DNA from: Eledone cirrhosa
Taxonomy: Eukaryota
Assembly: GCA_964016885.1 (NCBI GenBank)
Contig: OZ024743.1
Span: 199,020,001-199,084,000, forward strand
DNA length: 64,000 bases
Direction: 5' to 3'
Below, piece after piece: positions 1 through 12,613 of this stretch; within the stretch, counting starts at the first letter, position 1; each line of letters starts with the position of its first letter. The notes beneath the pieces were generated by a model. The model was not told the DNA's origin and searched no databases. It saw only the letters and a list, made by a program, of their open reading frames with translations. Position numbers and translations under genes: made by a program.

Positions 1-119
1 CAAAATTGCTGGCCTTGTGCCAATGCTAGAAAGAATTATTGCAGACAAATATATATTTAATCAACCCCAGGTGACATGAAAGTTTGACTTTGATGGCAAT
101 TGAACTCAAAACATTTTAA

Positions 120-144
120 AAAGTCATCGTCATCGTTATCATCG

Positions 145-198
<54 letters not shown>

Positions 199-240
199 CC
201 ATCATTATTATCATTATCATCATCATCATTATCATCATCC
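120..240. repeat. (ATC)n trinucleotide microsatellite
   Basis: Direct tcatcatca repeats; source of the poly-D/poly-S ORFs. Confidence 0.95.
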
Positions 241-1016
241 CTTTGTTTCAGCATTCCATGCTGGATAGGTTGGACGTTCCATATTTGGCATGGTTTCTAT
301 GGCAGGATATTCTTTACAATATGTACAGAGTGTATTTTATCGTACCAACAGATCTAGCTCTTTATAAATTACACTCTGTGCATTTTATCGTGGGATTAGT
401 ACTAAAACTTTACAGATTGTTCTGGGTGTTTGTTATCATGGCATTAGCGATGAAACTTTACAGATTGTACTGGGTGTATATTATCCATAATGTGAAAGCA
501 TAAACTATGGATTCATATAATGGAAATTTCTATATAATCTGCATTTTCTGCCACAAGATTATACTTGCAGTAATAATATTAAAGCCTAGCCCGGACACAA
601 CCGACATATTGGGGGAGGACAAATACTATAGTTTATCACGACCCCAGTACTTGTCAAGAACATTAATTTACTGGCCTAAGAAGGACCAGAGTTAAAGTTG
701 GCTTGAGCAGAATTTGAACTCAGAACGTAAGTAAATACTGCATATGGTTTAGTCTACAAGATTGCTGATTCTTAGAATCTAAAGTGAGGTGAAAAGCACA
801 AAGTCCCACTTGTGAGGTGGAAGTGTGCATCCAATAATCCTTCCATTGTCTTATTTCTTATAAAAGACAGCCTACAATTTTCAAATAAATTTGAAAATAA
901 GGAAGAATTTGGCAGGAAATAAATATTACTTATTTAGGCACATGGGCAAGAGGATAACATATAAAGTTAGCCTCGATGGCATTTGAATTCAAAACGTTAA
1001 GAGCTAGTATAAATAC

Positions 1017-1280
1017 TAAAGTCTTTCTCGAGCTTGGAAACTCATCAGGCCGGTGCTTATCCCGGTTTCCGTGGCATGAAGCGACTGAGAGCACAGGACT
1101 CCTCCCTGGACAGGATGCCAGTCTATCGCAGGTTTAAACCCCCAGCTATTGTTGGTATTCGTTTTAAGCTGAGTATACTGGAGCAATGTGGAATGAGGTC
1201 TTTTGCTCAAGAACACAACACACAATCCAGCCCAGGAATCGAACCCACGACGTTATGATCGTAATTCCAACACCCAACAC
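1017..1280 (-). mobile_element. tRNA-derived SINE (second family, V-SINE-like body)
   Basis: Minus strand reads B-box gggttcgattcctgggc, then gtgttgtgttcttgagcaaaagacc, and ends in ...ggataagcaccggcctgatgag. It sits between decayed pieces of the main SINE family. Confidence 0.7.
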
Positions 1281-2257
1281 AGAACAAATACTGCCAGATA
1301 TTAATCTGAGACTCTACCAGTTCTGCCAATCCACTTTCAATGATTATTTAATGGTTTCTAATCCAAGCACAAGATCAACAATCTGGTAGAAGGGAAAAAT
1401 CTATTAGATCGACACAAGTACTTGACAGGTACTTTGGTATATCGACCTCGAAAGGAAACTAAGCAAAGTTGTCCTAATATGAACTAAAGAGCTGGAACAA
1501 ATACTGCTACGCAATTGTCCGCCATTCTAACAGTTCAGCCAATCCATAACAAGAAATAGGTTTGACATATATTGAAGAAAACCTTAATAACAGAAATGAA
1601 ATACTCCCATTGAAAATAACTTACACTTGAGCAAACAACTCTGCAGTGACGAGTCAAAAATGGAGCTTCTATGATAAAAATAACCACTAAATCTCCATCA
1701 AATGAAACCTTTCCATTTATAAGACACATTAATTAACATAATTCAAGAAACGCTCAAAATGATGAATTGGCCATATTTGGAACGCTTTTCGTTATAGATT
1801 TACTCGACTAACCCTCGAAAGACCAAGTCGATTTTAATGAAATTTCAGCATGAGATCTCGATAAATAAAAGTAAATAGGCGAAGGCCTGTAGTCTGGTAT
1901 GAATAAAGTAAAAATATTCCCGTAAAGAATCATTCCCACTTGAGTAAATTATATTTTTGCTGAAGAAAACAAACTTATTTATAAAATCAAGCAAGCATGG
2001 TGAAACAACAAAGATCTTTTTCTATTGAGACTAAATAAATACACAATTAAATCAATAAAGAAGGGAGTTCAATAAATAGATAAATATATGAATAGATATT
2101 TTTTAAATTGTTTGCTGATTTGGGATTACTTATTGATCTTATCGTTTGTTTTGCTTAAAATAAAGTCAATCAGTTGAAACATTATTATTAAACCTTATCA
2201 AAACAAAATGGCCACCATCAGAAGATATTTCATAAGTTCTTGCTGCTCTCACTCCTT

Positions 2258-2325
<68 letters not shown>

Positions 2326-2388
2326 TGAAGTTATATTATCAATGCACACACGCGCACAAACACGCACACACACTGACACACACACACA

Positions 2389-2460
<72 letters not shown>
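2258..2460. repeat. Compound (CT)n-(CA)n-(TA)n microsatellite (representative of dozens in the window)
   Basis: Direct dinucleotide runs. Similar blocks lie at about 5270-5435, 6145-6342, 6930-7062, 7890-7985, 8115-8200, 9350-9440, 21310-21395, 23580-24205, 25450-26120, 37370-37496, 41550-41850, 48560-48732, 51230-51720, 59390-59512, 60290-60357, 62565-62645 and 63310-63470. Confidence 0.95.
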
Positions 2461-2462
<2 letters not shown>

Positions 2463-3720
2463 ATATGTATGTATATATATATTCATGTATGTCTGTGTAT
2501 TTGTACGTGTTCATGTGTATGTCTATGTATATATATATTTAAATGCTTGTTGTTTTGTGTAGATAAAAGTGTATATAAAAACATTTAGGTTTCTTGTATT
2601 CCTGGCTGAAATTGAAATGGATATCAGGTTGGGGGAAATGTAAATGAAAGTAAATTGAATTAACTAAACAAAACAAAAAAAAAATCTAAAAATAATTGTT
2701 AATAAAATCAGAAGATTATAAAAATACTTGAATGATTTAAAGAATATTTTCAATGTCTATTCGAATGTTTTGTTTTAATCATATAATAAATGACTAAAGT
2801 TAATATCAAAACGAATAAGAGAAGGTAGATAGATGAAGTGGAGTAGATAAAGGAACTGGTAGAGCACCAGACTAAAATGTTTCCTAGCATTTCCTTATTT
2901 ATATCCTTTTACAGTCAGAGTTCAAATTCTGTTAAATTCGTCACTCCATTTTGTTCTGTAGAGCATAATAAAATAAATACCAGTTAGTGGAGAATGTAAA
3001 CAGTGGTAAGGACAACCACAATTATCAGTGCTTTGTAAAAGATATCCCTGGTGATATTTGTTTAACAACAAGTTTGAAAGAAATTCTTCCTTTTTACTAT
3101 TAGAGGCGAACATTTAGGAAATTAAATATTTTCTCGTAGAAAATGCATAACCAACGTTGCTATTACAACACCTCATAGCCTCCTGAATGCAGTCAGGGAT
3201 AAGGTTTTTCAAAACTACTGGTGGGTGGCAGAGTCCACTTTTAATATATATATATTAACATTTCATTGGGCATTGGTAAGGTCTATAAGTACCTGTGACT
3301 ATATCTAAGTTAATGACAATGAAATTCACATTAGTTAAGTCAATGTCTATGGTTATATTGCGTCCTAAGTTCTTGGAGGTCTATTAGACCTTAACGGAAT
3401 TTAATAGGGAATGACCATTTTTATTATGGGAGACTGCCAAGCCATCTATGGTGTGGTCTGGGAATGTCTCCTTGAGGGTTTGAGGATAGATAATCCAACC
3501 GAATCACAGACACATGCGCTGTCATACGACACCATCGTGACGTCAGATGGGTATGCTGGGTTCAATTTCTTGTCGTTTGTAAATAGTAGTGTATTTAAGT
3601 GTGCATAATTACATCTATTCCCTGGTCAGTGATCGGGCCGAAGCTGCAAACAAAGTGTAAGTCTCTATCTAATAGTGAACTAGTAATAGAAGGATAAAAT
3701 CTCTGAGGTCAGATTGTGTG

Positions 3721-4422
3721 AACGCCCTCTGGTGATGTCCAGCAGAAGCAAGGGGGAAAACCGTCTATGCATTTCAGGATTAACTGGCCTCCGTCAGTTG
3801 AGCCAATTTATGCAGCTTCATATACAAATGAGATTAATCACCTCATTTACACAGACGAGAAAAGTATATATTCTCGCCTGTCTTCTAGACCAGCAGTCGC
3901 AATCGGTGGGAGGGAACGTGCAGACGAAGGCCAGTTAAGCCTGAAATGCAAAGACGGTTGTCCCCCTTGATTCTACTGGACATCACCAGAGGAAGTTAGC
4001 CCCCCCCCCCCCCCCACACACACACACACACACACACCGGTGTTTGCATAGCTACAGCTTCCTAAAGCCGCATTTCTTTGGAGATATGAAATATTTATAC
4101 ATATTGTATAAAGCTATGCTTGAAGAGACATCCTATTTTTTTTTTATTATAAGTTGAGCCAACTTATGCGGCTTCATATGCAAATGAGATCAATCACCTC
4201 ATTTACACAGACGAGAAAAGTATATATTCTCAGCTGTCTTCTAGTCCAGCAGTCGCAAGCGGTGGGAGGGACCGTCCTGACTAAGGCCAGTTAAGCCTGA
4301 AATGCATAGACGGTTGTCCCCCTTGCTTCTGCTGGATATCACCAGAGGGCGTTAGCCCCCGGTGTTTGCATAGCTGCGGCTTCCTAAAACCGTATTTCTT
4401 TGGATATACGAAATATTTATAC
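3721..4422 (+). mobile_element. Hammerhead-containing ~320-nt repeat (candidate retrozyme), locus 1: inverted partial copy (3721-3797, -) plus two tandem units (+)
   Basis: The unit gagccaa..tatgcagcttcatatgcaaatgagattaatcacctcatttacacagacgagaaaag... starts at 3800 and again at 4156. Each unit has accgtc-CTGACGA-aggc-cagttaa-gcct-GAAA-tgca-TA-gacggt or a mutated version (3915-3958, 4271-4314). The array ends in (TA)n. Confidence 0.85.
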
Positions 4423-4473
4423 AAATATATATATATATATATAAACCTATATATAACAATATATATATATATA

Positions 4474-4634
4474 ATAAATTTGAAGACTAAAATCCCAAAA
4501 GGGCTCGATAAGGATAAATATATATCAAATATATAAGAACCGTAGAGCGTTCACAGATTGACTTTGTTAGTTTCATAAGATCCGTTAAGGGTGAAAGCAG
4601 CGATTCTTTGCTTAAACTTTAATCTGTTATTTTA

Positions 4635-4640
<6 letters not shown>
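4474..4640. mobile_element. Short Penelope-type insertion with 5' inversion; hammerhead-like motif with variant core (4569-4618, +)
   Basis: 4474-4548 is the reverse complement of ~45803-45878, and 4569-4640 matches 45730-45800. Motif: agttt-CATAAGA-tccgttaagggt-GAAA-gca..tgc-TT-aaact. Flanked by (TA)n. Confidence 0.6.
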
Positions 4641-4689
<49 letters not shown>

Positions 4690-4860
4690 GGAGGTGAGTT
4701 TTATTGTAGTACAATAAAGCAATGCAGATATCGGATAAGAAGCACTCTACAGTTTGTGGGACTGGAGTATGCATAATATAAGATCAAAAGATGGTTAATA
4801 TGTTGATTTAAAACTGCACTATCAACAAGTGTTTTTTAGCCTTCATATCATGTTCTCCTG

Positions 4861-4927
4861 TTTTATCTGATGAAAACACAAATATTATTGCTTGATGATG
4901 TTTGTTTTTGAAATGCGCATAATAAAA
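4861..4927 (+). ncRNA. Minimal type I hammerhead ribozyme motif in a short Penelope-like terminal fragment
   Basis: ttttat-CTGATGA-aaacacaaat...gtttgttttt-GAAA-tgcgca-TA-ataaaa. Stem III region ATGCGCAT is palindromic. Bracketed by a ~26-bp inverted repeat (4773-4798 / 4942-4967) within (TA)n. Confidence 0.75.
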
Positions 4928-4959
4928 TATATGGAACTCCTTTAACCATCTTTTGATCT

Positions 4960-5013
<54 letters not shown>

Positions 5014-5340
5014 TTGTGTCTCTATGTTAATATATGTGTATGTACAATACATTCATATTATTGGTGGGATTACGTTGCCAATAAATCACACGCACCAGTT
5101 GAATTTCAATAAGGTTATATTATTTCGGTAACTAATTCATTCTTAATAACCATGTAACTGGCTATGTAACTGTCAAAGCTTTTTCGTCACTATTATGTGA
5201 CATTTACAATGTTTATTATTTGTTTTGATTTTGCTTTATCCACACACTCTAACATATGAATATATATTCATTCTCTCTCTCTCTCTCTCTCTGTTTTGCT
5301 CTCTCTCTCTCTCTTTATATATATATATATATATGTATAT

Positions 5341-5439
<99 letters not shown>

Positions 5440-5783
5440 TTGAACAAGGAATACAAAATGCGAAGATTGGTGCTAAATTAGTTCATTGTTTTACAATCGT
5501 TTCAGGTTGATTGAGGAGGGTAAATCGAAAAAATTATAAACCGATTGTGGTTATGCAAATATATTATTAATCTCGTTACTCCAAATCCATCTCACCGACT
5601 TCATCAGAAATATTGTGTATAGTTCGTTTAGATTCCAGAATGACATCTGATATGATGGAAGCCTGCTACAAAGCCAACAACTCACATCACCTAATCTATT
5701 TGACATTATTTATTTCAGACTACATGGAGTTCTAAGTATATTATTGGCTCTAACAAAAACAGGTAGATTCCATTATATATATG

Positions 5784-5856
<73 letters not shown>

Positions 5857-6135
5857 AGATAAGCAGAACAAGTAAACTTCAACCAATTTTTCAAAATAAT
5901 TCAAAATTAATATACAATTAAAATTAATCAAAATTAAAAAATATAATATAAATATTTACCTATTCAAATGGCCCTAACTGTACAGTTTTACGTTGCAAAA
6001 CATTAGATATCACGTGGATATTAATGGAAAAGCAAAGATCATCAGAGAAGCATTTTCCTATCCTAGGGTTAAAAACCCCAGGAACGACAAAATATATGAC
6101 CTCACTCCAACTAATACAGGTCTGAAAGGTCGTGA

Positions 6136-6167
<32 letters not shown>

Positions 6168-6202
6168 TAATATGTGTAATGTACTACATCTATCTATATC
6201 TA

Positions 6203-6324
<122 letters not shown>

Positions 6325-6928
6325 GATATATATATATATATAAGTTAGTTCCTCAACAGTTAACAAACCATTTTCGGGGATACCTTGCGGATCTTCTACA
6401 TACTTACAACACACACACGAACATATATATATGTGTGTGTGTATGTGTGTATGTATGCGTAAGTATGTGTGTCTATCTGTCTATGTGTGTCTGTTCTCCT
6501 CAGAACATATATAGCCGTAAGAAAATATAGGACACAGCAGATGTTAAATCATTTTCAAATAAATATTTTCCTACACTATAATATAGCCGATTGACTAATA
6601 ACAATATTAAAGGATTTCACACATTGAAACTTTGATTGTGACTCTTGGGTTTAGATATGTTAATTACCTCAGTGAAGCTGACTGAAAAAATAGTTGCTGT
6701 AACTGTTATTTTATACTTGAATTGATGAATTAAGAAGTAGAATTATCTGTATATATTTACGTGTGTATGTGTGTGTGAATGTATGCATGTTTGTATGTAT
6801 GTATGTGTGTGTGTAAGTGTATGTATGTATAGATGGTTAGCTAGATATATACACACACACACTAACACACACGCACATCCACACGCACATATACATACAC
6901 ATATAAATATATATAAATACACAAACAG

Positions 6929-7064
<136 letters not shown>

Positions 7065-7698
7065 ATAAATGCGCTAGGCATCCATGAAACTAATAAAAAT
7101 TTCAAAAAATTAGAAACCCATGGAATTACGTCATTTTGTTAAATCCCTTTAACAGTTGTATGAAGGGCATGAGAAGACCACATTGAAGTGGAAGAGTGAA
7201 GTTGGGTGAAAATGCCGCTTCATAGCTTTGGAATTTTTCAACGGACTAAGAATGGGATGGCAGTGGGGGTATGGAGAGGAATGTTCGGCTGTGTCATCAG
7301 TAACTGAGCGAATATTGTGATGGATTATAAGTTGTTGAAAAAAAGGGGGGGGGGGGCTGAAATCACTGTTGCTTTGCTTTTGTTTGGCTTCTATTTATAC
7401 CAAGAGTTTAAATCATCATTAGTTCATTACGAAGTACAAAAGAATCACATTGCTTGTCATTGCCTTCTACTTGTAACCGTTACCAAAAATGATGTATTTC
7501 TGTCCATTATGCTGTGTAAAATACTTCTTAAATAGTGTGAACTCTTCTGTACACAGAAATACATTTTGTTAGTGTGTTTAAACAGAACCATAACTGAAGT
7601 ATCCTGACAGAATCACTGAATAGACTTTTCCTATTTTATTACTGAACAGATGAATTAAAACAAATGACTCAACTATGTCATTCCACCGAGGAAGATTT

Positions 7699-7729
<31 letters not shown>

Positions 7730-7885
7730 CATTATCATCATAATCATCGCCATCATCATCATCATCGTCATCAGCATCATTATGATCACCATCACCATCG
7801 CAACTTGTCAGGCTATTCATTTGGTTTGTCATTAGAACGTCTGTTAGTAAAAGCAAACAGCAGACTTACAGAACGTGTATGCATA

Positions 7886-7988
<103 letters not shown>

Positions 7989-8108
7989 GACATTAAGACT
8001 TCTGTCAATTTATCTGCACATGTATTTATTCACAGGTTTAAACTAAATTTCTCTCTGAATAAATACAACATTCGCACACTCGCTCATACTCACACACAAA
8101 CACTCACA

Positions 8109-8202
<94 letters not shown>

Positions 8203-8506
8203 CATACATGTATATATATATCTATAGGTATCATCATCACCATATTCATCATCATATATTAATTATTGTGCATATATATATATACCCATCTATCTCTTTC
8301 CCTCTCTCTATATATATAATAGAAAGAGAGGAATAGGGAGACGGAGAGAGAGAGACGAAGAGAGAGAGAGAGACTATGTTTCAACTCGAACACAAGGGGT
8401 GTGGACGCGTAAGGGTGCATTTTGATACTCCCCATTTCTAACTAGTCCACTGAGAATGAATAGTTATCCGAAATATATCGGGTACAATATATATACATCT
8501 AAATTA

Positions 8507-9279
8507 TATATCTATATGCAAAATTAAGATAAATTAAATGAATTTAATCTAAATCAAAATGGTGGGTGTCATGCCAGAAAGGCATGCGCTATATCACCTG
8601 GAAAATAAGCTCCAAGATTCTATCGAGTAGGTCCGAGCATTTTATAATAACTAGAAATTGATTAACATATATATAAACATGAATAATCACAGGAGATAAT
8701 TTTTACAAGTGTGTAACCACACATAGCTAGGTAGGTAACTAAATAAAATTGACTAGAACTTCAAAAATAGATACCTTATAATATGATTAATCTTCCCTGT
8801 ATATATTCCATTAAAGAAATATATTTCACCAATTAATCAGATGGTAAACCACGGAAGTGGAGATTTTGGATTTTCAACAAGCAAGAAAATTTCCAGCAAT
8901 CCATGTTTACACTACAAGTTCAAATCTGCAACTGGTTAATACCACGTGTTGTATTTACATCATAGTAGCTTCGTCCCAGTGGCGTGAATAGGGTTATCGA
9001 CAACTAGAAACAGTAGTCGATTCCCTTCAACAGAGTTAGCTCCACAATTAAGGAGCCGTATTTATATATCTATATCCAAAATTAAGATAAATTAAATGAA
9101 TTTAATCTAAATCAAAATTATGGGTGTCATGCCAGAAAGGCATGCGCCATATCACCTGGAAAATAAGCTCCAAGATTCTATCGAGTAAGTTCGAGCATTT
9201 TATAATAACTAGAAATTGATTAACTAGAAATTGATTATGATGAAATTGATTAACATATATATAAACATGAATAATCACA
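8507..9279. repeat. ~185-bp direct repeat (8507-8690 and 9066-9279), ~560 bp apart
   Basis: Near-identical aaaattaagataaattaaatgaatttaatctaaatcaaaat..gggtgtcatgccagaaaggcatgcgc..aacatgaataatcaca in both copies. Confidence 0.9.
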
Positions 9280-9372
9280 TTTTCGCTTTTCTTTTCCTCA
9301 CTTCCACTTGGCTCTCTCCTCTTTCTCATACAACCTTGTTGCCGCAATATATATATATACATATATACATAC

Positions 9373-9440
<68 letters not shown>

Positions 9441-10411
9441 TCAGAATGTACATTAATCACAATGAATTAATTAAATTATAAATTAAGAAGGAAAAAAGTA
9501 GAAATAAGAATATACATTTTTTTCAAATGCTACCAGTTTTATATAACGCCATCATCACTTCTACACCATCATAAATTGACGAAAAAATATATAAATGAAT
9601 CTTGCTGATAGATGGAAAAGCCGAAAAGCTAAGGAAATCATTAAATGATATTACAAACGCTTTATTTGTTGCTAAATTTCAGTACAAAAATTAAGATAAT
9701 ATTTTAATTTCACTCCTCAACACTACTTTTTGCCTTTACTTTACCTTAACTCTATTTTTACTGACTCCCTTCATCTTAGTTTTTATTTTTAGAAAATAAT
9801 TTATACGCATTGTTTGTTTCCTTTTCGTTTTTCTCAATTCAATTATTTCTTTTTTCTTCTTTAACAAGCTATTGCACATTATAGTTCCCTTGTAGGTCTG
9901 TTAGAATTTATTTAGAATATAATCACTCTTACACACCGACAACTGATCGCATCAAGATAAAAATGTGTTAACAAAGTTATCTTCCTAGTTTTGTGTATTT
10001 AAATGAGATTAGAATCTACCAATTTCTAGCATATATAGCTAAATAGGATCCCGAGAAGAAACTATCAATTAGTTGTTATTCTTTGAATTCTTTATATTGT
10101 TATTTTTTGTTTGTTTTATTGTTGATGTTGTTGTGGCGGCTGATGTTGTTGTTGTTTAGCCGCCAAGTCAAACCCGGTCGAACAAAGCGTAAAGGAATCC
10201 ATCGTTAGATTGGACGAAGGCAACTAAGTTTAAATTGCTCTTTCATTTACTGATACCATTTGTTGGTAAAAAATCCTGGTAGAAGATGCTGAAATTTCAA
10301 CTCAGAACAGACTGTGTTAGGTCAGATATTGCAAAATATCCTGTACGACACTTTGCCAGTTCCACCGGTGGGCACATTGATTATCGACATCGAAAAGATA
10401 AAAGGCAAAAA

Positions 10412-10648
10412 AATGGAAAGCTTAGACAAGCATAGAGATTATATTAATTTGAAGAATCATAAAATGAATTTAATAATAGGCCTAGTTGTAGATTGATAAA
10501 CCCCACTCGAACTGAAATAGGATTAGCCAGTAAAAGGTCATTAAGATATATAAATAAACGCGCAAATACTAAAGCCAATCTATTACAGAGGATTAATACG
10601 TCTTCAGTCATATCATATTTCAATAATATCACTGATAAAACTAGGCCT
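10412..10648 (+). pseudogene. Fragment of a Naiad-type Penelope-like reverse transcriptase
   Basis: MESLDKHRDYINLKNHKMN/(frameshift)/NNRPSCRLINPTRTEIGLASKRSLRYINK..NTSSVISYFNNITDK aligns by eye to RINFKDHKINF..VRLIAPSKSDIGVISKNIIDRI..DTNEVIEWYKNRDDK of the 55-kb element. Confidence 0.75.
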
Positions 10649-11195
10649 ATTAATCACCTCATTTACACAGACGAGAAAAGTATATAGTCTCGCCTGTCTT
10701 CTAGTCCAGCAGTCGCAAGCGGTGGGAGTGACCGTCCTGACGAAGACCAGTTAAGCCTGAAATGCATAGCTACAGCTTCCTAAAACCGTATTTCTGTGGA
10801 GATACGAAATATTTATACATATTGTATAAAGCTATGCTTGAAGCGAAATCCTGTTTATTTTTTTATTATAAGTTGAGCCAACTTATGCAGCTTCATATGC
10901 AAATGAGATTAATCACCTCATTTACACAGACGAGAAAAGTATATATTCTCGCCTGTCCTCTAGTCCAACAGTCGCAAGCGGTGGGGGGGGGGGGGGGAGG
11001 ACCGTCCTAATTAAGGCCAGTTAAGCCTGAAATGCATAGACGGTTGTCCCCCTTGCTTCTGCTGGACATCACCAGAAGGCGTTAGCCCCCGGTGTTTGCA
11101 TAGCTACGGCTTCCTAAAACCGTATTTCTTTGGAGATACCAAATATTTATACATATTGTATAAAGCTATGCTTGAAGCGAAATCCTATTTCTTTT
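10649..11195 (+). mobile_element. Candidate retrozyme locus 2: two tandem units (first with internal deletion)
   Basis: acacagacgagaaaag occurs at 10665 and 10924. Hammerhead motifs at 10731-10769 (CTGACGA intact, 3' stem I lost by deletion between tgcatag repeats) and 11001-11044 (core mutated). Confidence 0.85.
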
Positions 11196-12180
11196 ATATA
11201 AATATATATATATATTTATATATATATTTTATATATATATATATTTATATTTATATCATTGTACACATTTGTTTCACAGAATAATCACTTTAACTGAAGC
11301 TAAATAGTTTTAATTTTTGTCAAGATTACAAGTAATTCTGTAATTCCAGATATGGAATCATGATTCAGCTAATTCTCTGTTGTGTGTTGCTGTAGCATCT
11401 TTAATCTCTCTTAGAGTTATTCTTCAGCCGAGGAGAAAGGGAATCGAATGAATCATGTTACGTAGTTGTGTTTATTTGTACGCTACTTAATAATGACTGT
11501 CTCGGGATTTAGATAGTTTATTTGAATTGCTACAGCTCTGGGAAATACCTCAAGGTACATCATCGTTCTTACACTTACGAATTTTTGAAGAAGCTTAGTT
11601 AGAATTGTTTTATTTTTTTCCATATATTTGTTCATGTTCATTTACTAATTTGCTTCGTTTATATATTTATTTATTTCAACATTTATTTAAATTTTTACTT
11701 TACTCTTTTATTTTTTACTTTCCGATTTGTATTTCGTTTGGAAGTTTTTATTTATTTTGCCTGTTTTTTGTCTTTTTCGAATTTCTGAATATCTTAAGAA
11801 AACTGAGAACAGAGGGTATATCTAGGGTTAGGATGTCTCATAAAACGAACTAGATCATGGAATGAGATTCATGCCTGCTCGCCTGTCCGCCTGCCCTAAT
11901 TTGATTGATGTTCTTTATATCCTGCCAGTTGCTATTACTAAGAACAAGCACAGCTTTGCAATTCCATATGAGTGGTATTAAAATCAAAATGTATAGTTAA
12001 GATAGGCAAAGGAACCACCAGTAAGAAATACCAAAATATCAAAATAATAATAATTATGACCATAAACAAACAAAGAAAAAATAATCAAACACCATATTTC
12101 TCATTTCATTTCAAATAATGTCAGAGATTGACTGACCTAAAGAATATCGTTGCTGCTTGTTGGAAAGGAAATACCTTCTC

Positions 12181-12182
12181 AA

Positions 12183-12213
<31 letters not shown>

Positions 12214-12298
12214 TGTTTCTACTTTTGGCACAAGGCCAGCAATTAACCAGTGTATTACTGGTACTTTATTTTATCGACACCGTAAGGATGAAAGGAAA
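12181..12298 (-). mobile_element. 5'-truncated copy of the main tRNA-derived SINE with (ATT)n tail
   Basis: Minus strand reads cctttcatccttacggtgtcgataaaataaagtaccagtaatacactgg..gccttgtgccaaaagtagaaacaattattatt, matching the full copy at 45897-46090. Confidence 0.85.
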
Positions 12299-12365
<67 letters not shown>

Positions 12366-12613
12366 CTTTCTTTACTAACCATAAGGGTTTACACAAAGTA
12401 GACATTAAAGACAGTACAGGACAATACAGGACGGTACAAAAAAGCATTTCTGCGTGTAAAAAAACAAAAGACAGAGGATGTAATAATAGAACAATGAAAA
12501 ATTCCCCAATAGGGGGGCGACTTCCGAGGAACATTCGTGGAGAAAGCCCATTAAAAGACACAGTGACCCTGACCACCAGGGAAAGTGCCCTCTCCCAGTT
12601 TTCCACCTTTAAT

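Noticed and set aside
3800-4422. CRISPR-like or coding interpretation of the recurring 320-nt repeat (ORFs MQLHMQMRLITSFTQTRK..)
   Set aside because: No unique spacers, eukaryotic context, and reading frames are not conserved between copies.
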